Shown piece after piece: positions 1 through 11,392 of a stretch of 37,068 nucleotides of DNA (its first letter is position 1; each line of letters starts with the position of its first letter). The stretch comes from Octopus bimaculoides. Taxonomy: Eukaryota. The stretch is from positions 60,565,134-60,602,201 of the forward strand of contig NC_068985.1 in NCBI RefSeq assembly GCF_001194135.2, written 5' to 3'. The notes under the pieces were generated by a model. The model was not told where the DNA came from, made no database searches, and saw only the letters and a list, made by a program, of their open reading frames with translations. The translations under genes were made by a program, and so were the position numbers.

Positions 1-58
<58 letters not shown>
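1..58. repeat. (CT)n microsatellite
   Basis: Uninterrupted CT dinucleotide run at the window start. Confidence 0.98.
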
Positions 59-61
<3 letters not shown>

Positions 62-311
62 CCACTCTCACTCTTCATCTGTCTCCCTGTTTGGCAGCTT
101 TTCACCAAACATCAATCAAACACTATTCTCTGTTTCACTGACTCATACTAGAAGAGCAATTTATTTTAGTGTCTGTGTGTCACTCTTACAGTTTGGGATT
201 TCATCCTGTGTTTGTTCAGAAGCCAAGGTCAATAAACACAACCAGTTTATTCAATACTAAAACTTATATTGTCTAATGTGCACTGTATATTGCTCACTTT
301 GTTAATACAAA

Positions 312-351
312 TATTATTATTATTATTGCTATTGTTGTTGTTGTTGTTGTT

Positions 352-393
<42 letters not shown>
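312..393. repeat. compound (TAT)/(TGT)/(CAT) trinucleotide microsatellite
   Basis: Adjacent tat, tgt and cat runs read directly. Confidence 0.95.
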
Positions 394-394
<1 letters not shown>

Positions 395-840
395 CTACCT
401 TAATCTGTTGCTAATGATGGCTGTATTAATGTGGCTGTTGGAGAGAGTGAGAGACCAGATGTAATGATTCAAGTGGTTCAACTACTTTGACCAAAGACAC
501 ACACACACAGACCATCAATTCAAATATATTGATTTTTTTTACATTGGGTAGTACAAGGTTATATATACTTTGAAAGAGAAATAGGGAGAGAGATAGAAAA
601 GGGGAGAAAGAGAAGGTTAAGAGAATATGAATGGGATGGGAAGTGTAATTAATCAAATTAACCCCTCCCCTATTCAATAGATTACCTGTAATTATCTTGT
701 TGACCCCTACAATAATCAAGTGTAATGTGCATTTGTTGATTTTTTCATTAGATGTTTTAGAGGGTTTTATCTAAATACACCACTGCATCTCGTCTGTGGT
801 TCAGTCTGGTTTTCAGTTTGTATAATGATGATGATGATAA

Positions 841-845
841 TAATG

Positions 846-881
<36 letters not shown>

Positions 882-1070
882 AATAATAATCCTTTCTATT
901 ATAGGCACAAGGCCTGAAATTTGGGGGTAGGGGATTAGTTGATTACATCGACCTCAAAAGGATGAAAGACAAAGTTAACCTCAGTGGAACTTGAACTCAG
1001 AACACAAAGGTGGACAAAATGCTGCTATCCATTTTGCCCAGTGTGCTAACAATTCTTCTTACTCACCACC

Positions 1071-1072
<2 letters not shown>
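841..1072 (-). mobile_element. tRNA-derived SINE, family A, (ATT)n tail
   Basis: Minus strand begins AAGGTGGTGAG..., has a GTTCAAGTTCC B-box-like motif and ends in (ATT)n. Homologous copies at 1073-1326 and 3145-3351. Confidence 0.75.
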
Positions 1073-1119
<47 letters not shown>

Positions 1120-1326
1120 TGATGATTTCACATTTTGGCACATAGCCAGAAATTTCAGGGAAGGTGTAAGTCGATCACATCAATCCCAATGCTCAACTGA
1201 TACTCATTTCATCAACTCCGAAAGGATGAAAGGCAAAGTCGAATGCAAACTCAGAATGTAATAGTGGACAAAATACTGCTAAGCATTTTACCCAGTATGC
1301 TAACAATTTTGCCAGCTCACCACCTT
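1073..1326 (-). mobile_element. tRNA-derived SINE, family A (tandem second copy)
   Basis: Shares gaaaggatgaaag.caaagt and gctaacaatt...ctcaccacctt blocks with 841-1072; (AAT)/(GAT) tail. Confidence 0.75.
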
Positions 1327-1331
1327 GTATA

Positions 1332-2221
1332 ATCATCATCATCATCATCTTCGTTTAACATCCGCTTTCCATGCTGGCATGGGTTGGACGATTTGACCGA
1401 GGACTGGTGAACCAGATGGCTGCACCAGGCTCCGATCTGATCTGGTAGAGTTTCTACAAGTGGATGCCCTTTCTAATGCCAACCACTCCGAGAGTGTAGT
1501 GGGTGCTTTTACGTGCCACCGGCATGAGAGCCAGTCAGGCAGTACTGGCAATGGCCACGCCCAAATGGTGTTTTTTACGTGCCACCTGCACAGGAGCCAG
1601 TTCAGCAGCACTAGCAATGACCTCGCTCGAATGTTTTTTCGCATGCCACCAGCACAAGTGCCAGTAAGGCGACACTGGTAACGATCATGCTTAAATGTTG
1701 CTATTTACGTGCCACCAGCACGGAAGTCAGACAGCTGCTCTGGCAATGATCACGCTCAGACGGTGCTGTTAGCACTCTACTGATACGGGTGTTAGTCATC
1801 GAATTTGGTTCAATTACAATTTCAATTTTGCTTGCCCCAGCAGATCTTCACAAGCAGAGTTTAGTGTCCAATGAAGGAGAGGTTGGCATGGGTGCCAGTC
1901 GTCGAATTTGGTTCAATCCCGATTTCACTTGCCTCAACAGGTCTTCACAAACAGAGTTAAGTGTCCAATGAAGGAAAGGTGTGCATAAGTGGGCTGGCTA
2001 CACCCCTGGTAAAGGCCGCGGTTTATGGTCTCACTTATCTTGCTGAGTCTTCTCACGCACAGCATATTTCCAAAGGTCTTGGTCACTAGTCATTACCTCG
2101 GTGAGGCCTAATGTTCGAAGGTCGTGCTTCACCACCTTATCCCAGGTCTTCCTGGGTCTACCTCTTCCACAGGTTCCCTCAACCACTAGAGTGTGGCTCT
2201 TTTTCACACAGCTATTCTCAT
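1332..2221 (-). mobile_element. 5'-truncated RTE-clade LINE (RT C-terminus, long 3'UTR, (GAT)n tail)
   Basis: Reverse complement aligns with 14011-15168, covering the GRGRPRKTW-type RT tail, the 3'UTR and the gcatggaaagcggatgttaaacg-(GAT)n end. Confidence 0.88.
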
Positions 2222-2370
2222 GTGGTTAAGAAGTTTGTTTGGCATCCATGTGTTTTCAAATTCATTCTCTTTCTGTGGCACTTTGGCAAATATCTCCTAA
2301 CCTTGCATTGTTCAATACCTTGTGTGTAAAGTTTGGTAGTTAGAAACTGTATGGAAACCTGTGAAATGGA
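2222..2370 (+). mobile_element. degenerate tRNA-derived SINE head, family B, abutted or interrupted by the RTE copy
   Basis: tgtggttaagaagtttg...gtggcactttggcaaatatct...tttggtag..gaaact matches the reverse complement of 22665-22823. Confidence 0.5.
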
Positions 2371-3144
2371 CTACTCTTATCCTAGTATGGCAAATAATCC
2401 AATTGACTATATTCTGCCCTTGTATATTTGTTGTCATGTTCCAAAGTGAAAAATCAATGTGGAAGAAAATTGTTGATTGATTTTCAGGAATATTTTGTTT
2501 CTACCAATATTATTTACTTTAACACCATAATGTGAATGTCATTGTCTGCCATAAACATTATTCACCAATTGACATTTAAGTCTTGAGCTGTTTCCTTACA
2601 AGTAGACACTTTCTTCATTAAAAGAAAGGGTCAACTCTGTCAAAGAAGAGAACTGAATCTTTTAAAACCAATTAATCACAGTTCAATTACTGTTCCAAAT
2701 AAGAATTACATTATATTGATTTCTCAGAAATGAGTATATAGTTGCAGGAAGTAGGTTTTAAAAGACTCACTGTACATTATAGATTCTTGTTTTATTTATG
2801 ATAGCTTTGAGAGAGGGTGGGGTGGGGTTACATGGCTAACCCTCACCACTATGGCCTTTTTGAAAGACCTTTGATACTTAGGATAGACTGCTTTGGGAGG
2901 AGGTAAAATGTAAACTGGTGATATGGTCTGATTAATTGCATCAGAGTAAGTGACACTGCATTCACTCAAAGGTCAGAAGGGGTTCTTTTAATTAAATGGC
3001 CATGAGATCAAACCTTACTATTACAACATTTCTTTTGTGCTCCCTAAGCAAGTCACTTAGTTCTACTTGTTCTAATTTGCCAGATAGAACAAGAAAACAC
3101 TCCACTCCAACTTGAATAAATTCTTCCAACTAATATCTCTATAT

Positions 3145-3351
3145 GATAATCTTTTCTATTATAGGCCCAAGGCTTGGACTTTTGGGGTAGAGGGTAGTCG
3201 ATTACATTGATTCCACTGTTTAATTGATGCTTATTTTATTGACCCTGAAAGGATGAAAAGTAAAATTTCAACCGAAAATATAGAGGCCTGAAGAAATACA
3301 GCTAAGCATTTTTGTCCAATATGGTAACAATTCTGCCAGCTCACTGCCTTT
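3145..3351 (-). mobile_element. tRNA-derived SINE, family A
   Basis: ttctattatagg...gattacat.gac...gaaaggatgaaa...ctgccagctcac blocks shared with 841-1326. Confidence 0.72.
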
Positions 3352-3756
3352 AATCTCAATATAATAATGGTATAAATGTTGGTTGGTTGGTTCATATGTC
3401 TCTCCAGTCATACTTTACATGCTATAGAGCAGAAGAGAGAGAAAGAGTAAAAGAGAGACACAGTGTTAGCATAAAAGAAGAGGTGAAGAATGGGTGCACA
3501 TATGAGGCTTGGTGGAAGGATGAGGAAAGGGAGTAAAATATCAGTGTATTTATGGGAGGAGTTGTGCAGATGAGAAATTTGTTTTAATTATATTTTAAGA
3601 TAATAAATATTTTTCTTTTATAAATTAGCATTCATTTCATCATTTTGTGTAAGCACTAAGAAATTCAATTAAAAGTTAAAGTATACTTTATTTTCTCATA
3701 TCCATGGTAGCAAAAATATACTTCCAACATTACCCATTTTATGACAGGTAGCACAC

Positions 3757-3960
3757 TCATCATCATTTAACATCCAATTTCCATGGTGGCATGGGTTAGA
3801 TGGTTTGATCAGAGCTGGCAATCTGGAGAGCTGCACCAGGTTCCAGTCTGATTTGGCTTAGTTTCTATGGCTGGATGCCCTTCCTAATGCCAACCACTTT
3901 ACAGAGTGTGCTGGATGCTTTTTACATGGCCCAGCATGGGTGCTTTTTCTGTGGCACCTA
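3757..3960 (-). mobile_element. short RTE 3'-tail copy (very truncated LINE or RTE-dependent SINE)
   Basis: catcatcatttaacatcc...gcatgggtt...gctggatgcccttcctaatgccaaccact, identical in layout to the RTE ends at 1332 and 33156. Confidence 0.75.
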
Positions 3961-4126
3961 CACAGGGAGTGGTGCCATCATAGATATTGAATCTACTCAA
4001 AAACTTTCCTTATATATTTTACTTGAATAACCTATCATTTATAATTATTTCCTAGTAATTTAAAAAAAGAAAAACAGATGATTAAAATCTTTATATACCA
4101 CTAAATTTTGTTTTTGTTATTTGCAG

Positions 4127-4477
4127 TGTTGGCATTCCTTGTAATAGATGGACCAAAAGACCATGGTGTGTCTGTTAAATCAAACACAACATTCTTTTGC
4201 AAAGTGTACGACACAAACTTCTCAGGCCCAGGAGATTGGGAACCATTTTTGATATCCTGGAGTTTCCAACCATTAAATGGTGCACCGACAACCATTCTGG
4301 AAGTTGAAATTCATCGGATGGAATTTATTCAACAGTTAAATATTAATGAGAATAAATACAGTACATCAAATGGTTATGAACTGCATGTTAAGTCTGTGAC
4401 TTTCGCTGATGCTGGAAATTACACCTGTATGTTAAATATATCTGATGAGAAAGTTGGTGCCTCACTCTTTGTCTTGG
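4127..4477 (+). CDS. internal exon encoding one complete Ig-superfamily domain (V/I-set-like) of a probable cell-surface or secreted protein
   Basis: Acceptor ttgttatttgcAG|4127 and donor 4477|GTAAGC. 351 nt, phase 1-1, open. Translation has B-strand Cys (TFFCKV), C-strand Trp (ISWSF), E-strand YELHV and F-strand DAGNYTC; 75 residues between the Cys; four N-x-S/T sequons (NTT, NFS, NYT, NIS). Confidence 0.9.
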
Positions 4478-5409
4478 GTAAGCTTTTCTTAATATTCTTT
4501 GTCTTGCTAAAATACATTCTTAGTTTCTTAATTCCAAGATACATCTCATGGATACTCTTGGATACTCTCGGATGCATCATCAATGGTGTTTCTGGGGTTT
4601 AATGTAATTTGACATTTTTTAAAATTTCATTTTAATTTTGCAAAAAGTGACATTAAACTAATTATTTTACTGTCTCATGTATGTAATAAAGTGATTGAAA
4701 AAGTTTAACTGATATAATCCTTGTGATTAATTATTTTCAATATTAAAATAAAGGTAGTGCATTTCAAGAGAAATACATTGTCTTAGGGCCAAAGCCAGCA
4801 GGTAAAAGCAATGAACATCTTAGTTATCTCCATTACTTATTGATATTTGGGCTTGAAGTACACATGAAGGAAGGTTGTGTGTAATAATTAACTAAATAAT
4901 CTGTTGTTTGAAAATGTTCAGTACATCCTATTACATAAGTGAGACTACCACATTTGTATACATCCCTAAAGTATTTCTGCTCATTGATATTTTTGTTTCC
5001 CAAATTCTTTTATACAGATGATTAATGAGTTATTGATTAATTAAAAATCAATCAAAGAATATATTTTATAATTCAATTAAATCTTATTAGACAAGAAAAA
5101 CATAACAAGACATAATAAAATAGTGTAGGTGGAATGTGAACTCAGAATTCCTAGCAATTGCCTGAGTAATAACCAGTTTTGCTACTTGCTGTTATTGATG
5201 TGGTGGTTGATCCTTGATCCTTGAACATCAAAGATGTTCCAGTCCTGACTACCATCATTACTTTTCAGGCACAGTGCATCCAAGATTACATCATCCAATA
5301 TGTCTTTGTTTTTGAGGTGATTGTGTATGATTTGAAGGAGATTTGCTGCTACTTCTAGCAAAACAAAATGTTCCTTTGTTAGCTTGAGTTATTTAGTATT
5401 TTATGCACA

Positions 5410-6299
5410 TACAAGGTGTGTTATAAAATTATCCAACTTCTTGCCAAAACTAATGCTGTGTGAGCAAAATCTTCTGGGTAGGAAGTGACACCACCCTTCC
5501 TGCACATGTGTAAAAACTTTTGTACTGGTGGGCTGTGTCAGTTCCCAGCTGTTACATTCAGAGTACAGACATGTAGTGCATGTTTGTCAGACTTTAGCTT
5601 TCAGTGAACACACTGAGCAGAGATATTGCATCAAGTTTTGTCAAAAGCTTGGTGATACTCAAGCTCAAACCATCCAGAAGATTCAGCTGACCTTTGGTGA
5701 TTATGCCTGTTGTACAACTACTTCAAACATGACTGCATTTCAGTGGTGAGTGAGGCATGCTCAGGCAGGCCATCTACAAACCAGTATGAGGGGGCCGATT
5801 GAGAAGTTTCAGTGAATAGTCATGGAAGACTGTCATGTCACAATCCAGGAAATTCCTCACAAAATGGAAATAAGCACAGGATCTGTGCATTCCATTCTAA
5901 TGGAGGATTTGTGCATGTGGGGGAGTCCTTGAAATTCATCCCTAAAATGCTAGCAGAGCAACAAAAGCAACTCCGCATGAAAATCTTTTGGTCATGCTCA
6001 ACTGTGCAAACTATGACCCAGATTTCAGGAAGACCATCATCACTAGTGATGAGATATGGGCTTGTGGTCTCTGCTCGATGAATTTGGTTATCTTGCATGA
6101 ATACGAAAATCTGATGAGTAAGCACTCCATGTATGTACTTTAGGCATAATAGCTGGGAACAGATGTAGCCTACTGGTGCGAAAATTTTCACACATGCACA
6201 GGAATGGTGGTGTTACCTCCCACCTTCAAGATTCTTCCCATGCAGCATTAGTTTTGGCAGGGAAAAATAAAGTTGGACACTTTTTGAACGCACTTTGTA
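5410..6299 (+). mobile_element. non-autonomous mariner derivative (N-terminal half of transposase between long inverted ends)
   Basis: TA-flanked ends tacaaggtgtgttataaaattatccaact and its inverse match at 23/29. Frameshifted transposase pieces EQRYCIKFCQKLG (HTH), KFIPKML (WVPxxL-like linker) and KTIITSDEIW (first catalytic Asp motif). Confidence 0.88.
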
Positions 6300-6324
6300 T
6301 GTATACATGCCTAAAATATTTCAT

Positions 6325-7135
6325 AGGTGGTTCTACATCAAAAGCATTTTGCCAATCTCATCTCCACACCAAAAAACTCCACAAAAGCCCCACACATCAA
6401 GAAAACATCATCATGCAACACTCTCTTGATCAGGGTTCGTCCTCAATTTGAGCCCTTGCTATCACTCTAAATGTAAGGTCACACTATCACTGAGGATCTT
6501 TCTTGGAGAAAACATATTCTTAATATATTTAAGAGTCCACCTCAGTGACTGTCCCTTCTCTTCAGTACCAGAAGAGACTTCAGTCCTTTCCCTTAACAAT
6601 TGTTTATATTCTACAAAGCCCAGATGAAGCTCACAATGGAATATTATGACCACATCTGGAATGAAGCTGCTACTGCACACACAGTTGTAAATCACATCCA
6701 CAAAAGGGCCACTTGAATGATTGACATAAAAGCCACTCATAGATGTGTCAGTCTGTGACCCACAGGCACTCAGTCTTCTTTCTCTGCCTTTTCTACCTCT
6801 ACTATAATGGCCTCTGTTATTTGGAGCTGCCTAGGCTCATGCCATCTTCTATTAAGTATTTCCATCTCATTCATTTCTCCTTCTCTCATCACCCTTGTTC
6901 TGGCCACCCCTTCTCCCAGGCACCACACTAATCAATATGCTTAATCCTTCCTTCCCAGAACATCACTCCTCTGGAATTCCCTCCCTGGTTGTCTTTCATT
7001 CAGATAATTACTTGCAAGAGGAACATGTTGATTTCAAGAGGAACGTTTATGGCATCACCCTGGTCTTAGGGGGACTAGCAAAAATCATGGGCACTTTCCC
7101 TTATCTCCAGGCCCAGCAAGTAAAATTAAATTTGT
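6325..7135 (+). mobile_element. decayed non-LTR retrotransposon RT C-terminal fragment (CR1/Jockey/I-group-like)
   Basis: Frameshifted motifs EDLSWRKHILNI, FYKAQMKLTMEYYDHIW, LFYLYYNGLC and SFLPRTSLLWNSLP, in the order typical of the RT thumb and C-terminus of these LINEs. Confidence 0.78.
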
Positions 7136-7345
7136 AACATAGTTACAAGGATGTGAGATATATTCTCGATTTTATTAAATTTGAGTATTTTGTTTTGTTT
7201 AAAATAGATGTGATCTAATTATAGATTATCTTTGATGTAAGTTAATTGGATTGAATTATGGTCTGAGGTGAAGTTTAAATGAAATAAAATTATGATTATG
7301 CTTTTGATATAGAACCACCTATGAAATATTTTAGGTACGCATACA

Positions 7346-7420
7346 TACAAGGTACGTTCAAAAAGCATCCAACTTTATTTTCTCCTACCAAAACTAATGC
7401 TGCATGGGAAAAATCCTTAA
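7346..7420. mobile_element. solo end of the same mariner family as 5410-6299
   Basis: tacaaggtacgttcaaaaagcatccaactttatt...ccaaaactaatgctgcatggga matches the reverse complement of 6230-6299. Confidence 0.8.
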
Positions 7421-7503
7421 ATGAAGTAAAATTATGATAATGACTAGAATGAAGAATTTAGCTTGATGCCTTCAGTGAAATATGAACCTAATATGTTATC
7501 AAT

Positions 7504-7668
7504 TACCGTATTTTAATGTGTATAAGGAACACCTTAATTTGGGGGGATTAAAATTTGGAAAAATGGTTTTGTAAGGGATTATAATACTATCCCTGTATAA
7601 GAAACTCCCATATTTTTTAACCTAATTTTTGACAAAAAAGGGTTCTTTATAGATGTTAAAATACAGTA
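7504..7668. mobile_element. MITE with TA target-site duplication (Tc1/mariner-pogo superfamily type)
   Basis: TA|CCGTATTTTAA ... TTAAAATACAG|TA terminal inverted repeats; 161 bp, no coding capacity. Confidence 0.7.
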
Positions 7669-8621
7669 ATTGTTTATGAGTCACTAATTATCATCACCAC
7701 ATCTCCCTCTATCACTTTCTCCTCTCTTTTTGTGCCACTCATTCCCTGGTAACAACAGACATGTTACTCCAACCTCTATTACTCTCAACATACACTCACT
7801 TCTTTCACCCTCATTCTCTCTCTATCATCAATCTCTCTTCTATTCAGCCACTTGGTCACATTGTCTTGAACAGAAGCAACAAGGGAAGAGAAGATTCTTT
7901 AGTGTCACTGTGGACAAGACAACCTCTCTAGCATTGGTGCCATGATAACATGCTCTCTGTAAAGTGGTTAATGGTTAGAAGGGAATCCATCCATAGAAAC
8001 CATGCTAGAAACCATACAAGTGAGAGGCGTCCATGAGGCAACTAAGAAGGCAGTAACTCCAGATAAGAACTGATTCAGTCCATGAGGACTTATCCAAGTC
8101 ACTTCATTATTATTGTTTTACATCTGCCCTCCATGTTGGCAATTAGATACATGGTTGTAGTTTGAAATGATGGTATTATAATAGTGTAGTGTCATAAACA
8201 GGGTACCTTATTCTACTTAATTGCAAATTTCTTGATTGAAGTGTAACAGAAAAAAAGAGTGGGATGGGTCAATTTTTCTTCACTGTTTGGTGCTTGGCAG
8301 TCAAAAGAATTTCCAAGCAAATGTAAAACAATTTGCTTAAAAATTGTTTTCCAAAATCCACTTTACCATTCAAGTATAAAAAAATAGATTTAAAATGGAC
8401 AAAAGAATAATATAATTATTTTTATATAATAATGTGCTTTTGTTTCCATTATTTTATTCAAATGTTTACAACAGTGTCACACAACTTTTCTAGAAACTGA
8501 TTCACAGAATTCACAAAGAACAAGTCATGGAACATCAAATTTACTTCAAATTATATTATGTAGCTACACAGTAGAACATGGTTGTTTAAAATTAAGAAAT
8601 TAATCATGCAATGTATAATAT

Positions 8622-8820
8622 CATCATCATCATCATTTAACATTCATTTTCCATGCTGGCATGGGTTGGATAGCTTGACAGAAACTAGCAAGGCTAGGGA
8701 CCACACAAGGCTCCATAGTCTGTTTTGGCTTGGTTTCTACAGCTGGATGCCCTTCCTAACACCAATCACTTTACAGAGTGTGCTGGGTGCTCTCTGTAAA
8801 GTGGTTGGCATTAGGAAGGG
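8622..8820 (-). mobile_element. short RTE 3'-tail copy ending in a fold-back duplication
   Basis: (CAT)n-tttaac...ctggatgcccttcc signature; 8750-8778 and 8792-8820 are inverted copies. Confidence 0.75.
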
Positions 8821-9230
8821 CCAACCACTTCAATAATAAGATATGTATAAATTTACATAACTATACTTCCATTCTCCCTCCTTTTCCTGTGAGAGATTAC
8901 ATTGCAACTGTTGGCATCCAACACAGACCTTAATTTACTTTCCTGTATAACTAGTCCCTACTTCTCTTTCTTCGGGTCACTCCTTCACTGCTTCACTCTC
9001 TCATCATTGCTATCCTGACTTCCCATCACTTGTGCTCTCTTGCCAGTACATCTAGCTGCCACTCACTCTCCTCCTCCTCCTCCTCCTCACTAATTATTAA
9101 TGCCCATCTCTCCCCACCTCTATTAACTCTCTCACTTCTCTTTTTCATTTTCACACTTGTTTCCTTATCTGATTGTACTTCATCTTCAATAATCATCCTT
9201 TCCAGAGACTGTGTACTGTTAACTCAAGAC

Positions 9231-9410
9231 TATCATCATTATCATCATTTAACATCTGCTTTTCATGCTGGCATGGCTTGGACAGTTTGACAAGAGCTGG
9301 TAAGCTGGAGAGTTCTGCAAAGCTCTATTGTCTGTTTTGGCATGGCTTCTATGGCTGGATGCCAGCCCCCCCTTACAGAGTGTACTGGGTGCTTTTTTTT
9401 TCATGGCACC
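9231..9410 (-). mobile_element. short RTE 3'-tail copy
   Basis: catcatttaacatctgcttttcatgctggcatgg...ggctggatgcc signature. Confidence 0.7.
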
Positions 9411-10513
9411 AGATCTGGTGGGATCATCAAGTCCTTTACCAAACAAAACAGAGTTCCCTCAACTGGGGGGAATAGTACTGAGGGGGTGGCTTTGTTCCAG
9501 TTGATGAAGGGTTGAAAGAATGACAAAGGGATAAAGATAGGTGCCATGCCATGAAAGAGATACAAAGATACTCCAGTTTGAAAAGAAAGGAAAAGAAGAT
9601 TTAAAGAGAAAGACAGACAGAGATGGCGAAAGTGAGAGAGACAGGAGTGGATATGACAGGACATACCCTTGAGGCACAGTGGTGGAAGATATAGGTAAAG
9701 TGACAGGAGACAGCGGATAAAATTTCATAAGAATGCAAGGGGAGACGATTAGATAGTATAGAGATGGCTGTAGTAATTGAAGGTGAGAGATATAGGAGTG
9801 GTTCAGTGGGTGGTTATGAGAGCATTGATAGAGGCAGGGGATGAAAGAAGTGTAAGGATGGATGGAGTATAGTAGAGGGGAGAGAGCATGACTGGAGTAA
9901 GTTAATGTGGAATGGAAGTGGTTCTGGGGAGAGGGAAGGGAAAAGGGGGGATATGAGAGCAGGGATGAGTGTGTAATATATGCCTGTTCTACTCTGGCTA
10001 TACCAGTACTAACTAGAGATTATACCAATACTAACCAGAGACTATACTGATACAATACTAAGTAAAAACTCTACTAATATTATTCATCTATATACACAGC
10101 AACTCCTATATGCATTGATATGCACAAACTCCTGCTTGTTGAAGTCATTGACAGATATAAAGCCAGAATTTAGAGTACATTTTAAATGTTTTAAATATTA
10201 TGGTAAACAAAGAAACTACAAAATGTCACATATGAAGAAACACTCTGAATATGTCTACTAAATAAATAGTGCTTTTTGTTTTCACCTCCATATAAATTCA
10301 TTTGATCTTTAACTCTGCTCATTTCGTGATAATTATATAATTTCTATATATTTTGGCTAACTTGTTTTCCTTATAGAGATAAAAAAATGTCTTTATGAAA
10401 GCTGAGTTGAATAATAAATTAAGTTGGCTTGATTAGCCTCACCTTGGCAAGAATATTTTAGCATAACAATTCTTGAAGTATTAGAGTGTTTGAAATGCAC
10501 TTCATACTGTACA

Positions 10514-10558
<45 letters not shown>

Positions 10559-10994
10559 CTTATGCATGCACACACAGACACATACAGAAATATATGTATT
10601 GTAAAGTTTTTGTCAACAGATGATAACATAGAATAAGAAAGAGAATTCTATTCTTGCATGGAGTAAATATATGTGTGTTGATATATTACAATAATTTATA
10701 GTGTATCTGTAACTCCCAGTTTCACCAGTTTGGTTGAAAACGTAATTGGTAATAAACTCTATATAGTTCTATTGATGAATCATCAAACAAAGAAGTATCA
10801 CATGTTTAATAAACATCCCTGATTTTTTAATGATACCATTCCAGGTATGAATAAAAGCATTTTTAAGCAAGTGAAAATAACCATTGAAATAAAACAAATA
10901 AGCCATTTCCCTTACTTAAAAATATACCTGCACATGTTGAGATGGACAAGGTATTTTCTGCTCGATGCTCTCTCAATTACATATAATTGCTCTT

Positions 10995-11326
10995 TTACTC
11001 TTTTACTTGTTTCAGTCATTTGACTGCGGCCATGCTGGAGCACCGCCTTTAGTCGAGCAAATTGACCTCAGGACTTATTCTTTGTAAGCTTAGTACTTAT
11101 TCTATCGGTCTCTTTCTGCCAAACCACTAAGTTACGGGGACATAAACACACCAGCATTGGTTGTCAAGCGATGGTGGGGGGTACAAACACAGACACACAA
11201 ACATATATATATATGATGGGCTTCTTTCAGTTTCCGTCTACCAAATCCACTCACAAGGCTTTGGTTGGCCCGAGGCTATAGCAGAAGACACTTGCCCAAG
11301 GTGCCACGCAGTGGGACTGAACCCGC
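10995..11326 (-). mobile_element. tRNA-derived SINE, family B
   Basis: Minus strand has a GGGTTCAGTCCC B-box-like motif followed by cactgcgtggcaccttgggcaagtgtctt. Homologues at 21640, 22665 and 27810. Confidence 0.8.
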
Positions 11327-11392
11327 ACTCCTGCTATTTATACTAATTAAACTCATAACTAGGTGATGAAGCTTGCAGTAACATATATTAAG

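Noticed and set aside
4108-4602. Single-exon 164-aa protein with hydrophobic N- and C-termini
   Set aside because: The hydrophobic ends are read-through of the polypyrimidine tract and of intron sequence past the GTAAGC donor.
9459-9728. VPQGYVL resembling the RT PQG motif
   Set aside because: An isolated motif in low-complexity CT-rich sequence with no flanking RT motifs; at most an ancient LINE trace.
9999-10055. 22-bp tandem repeat, about 2.5 copies
   Set aside because: Real but an ordinary short duplication with no further structure.
10690-10850. VSVTPSFTSLVEN as a second Ig exon
   Set aside because: Wrong phase for joining the 4477 donor, an in-frame stop, and no Cys/Trp core.
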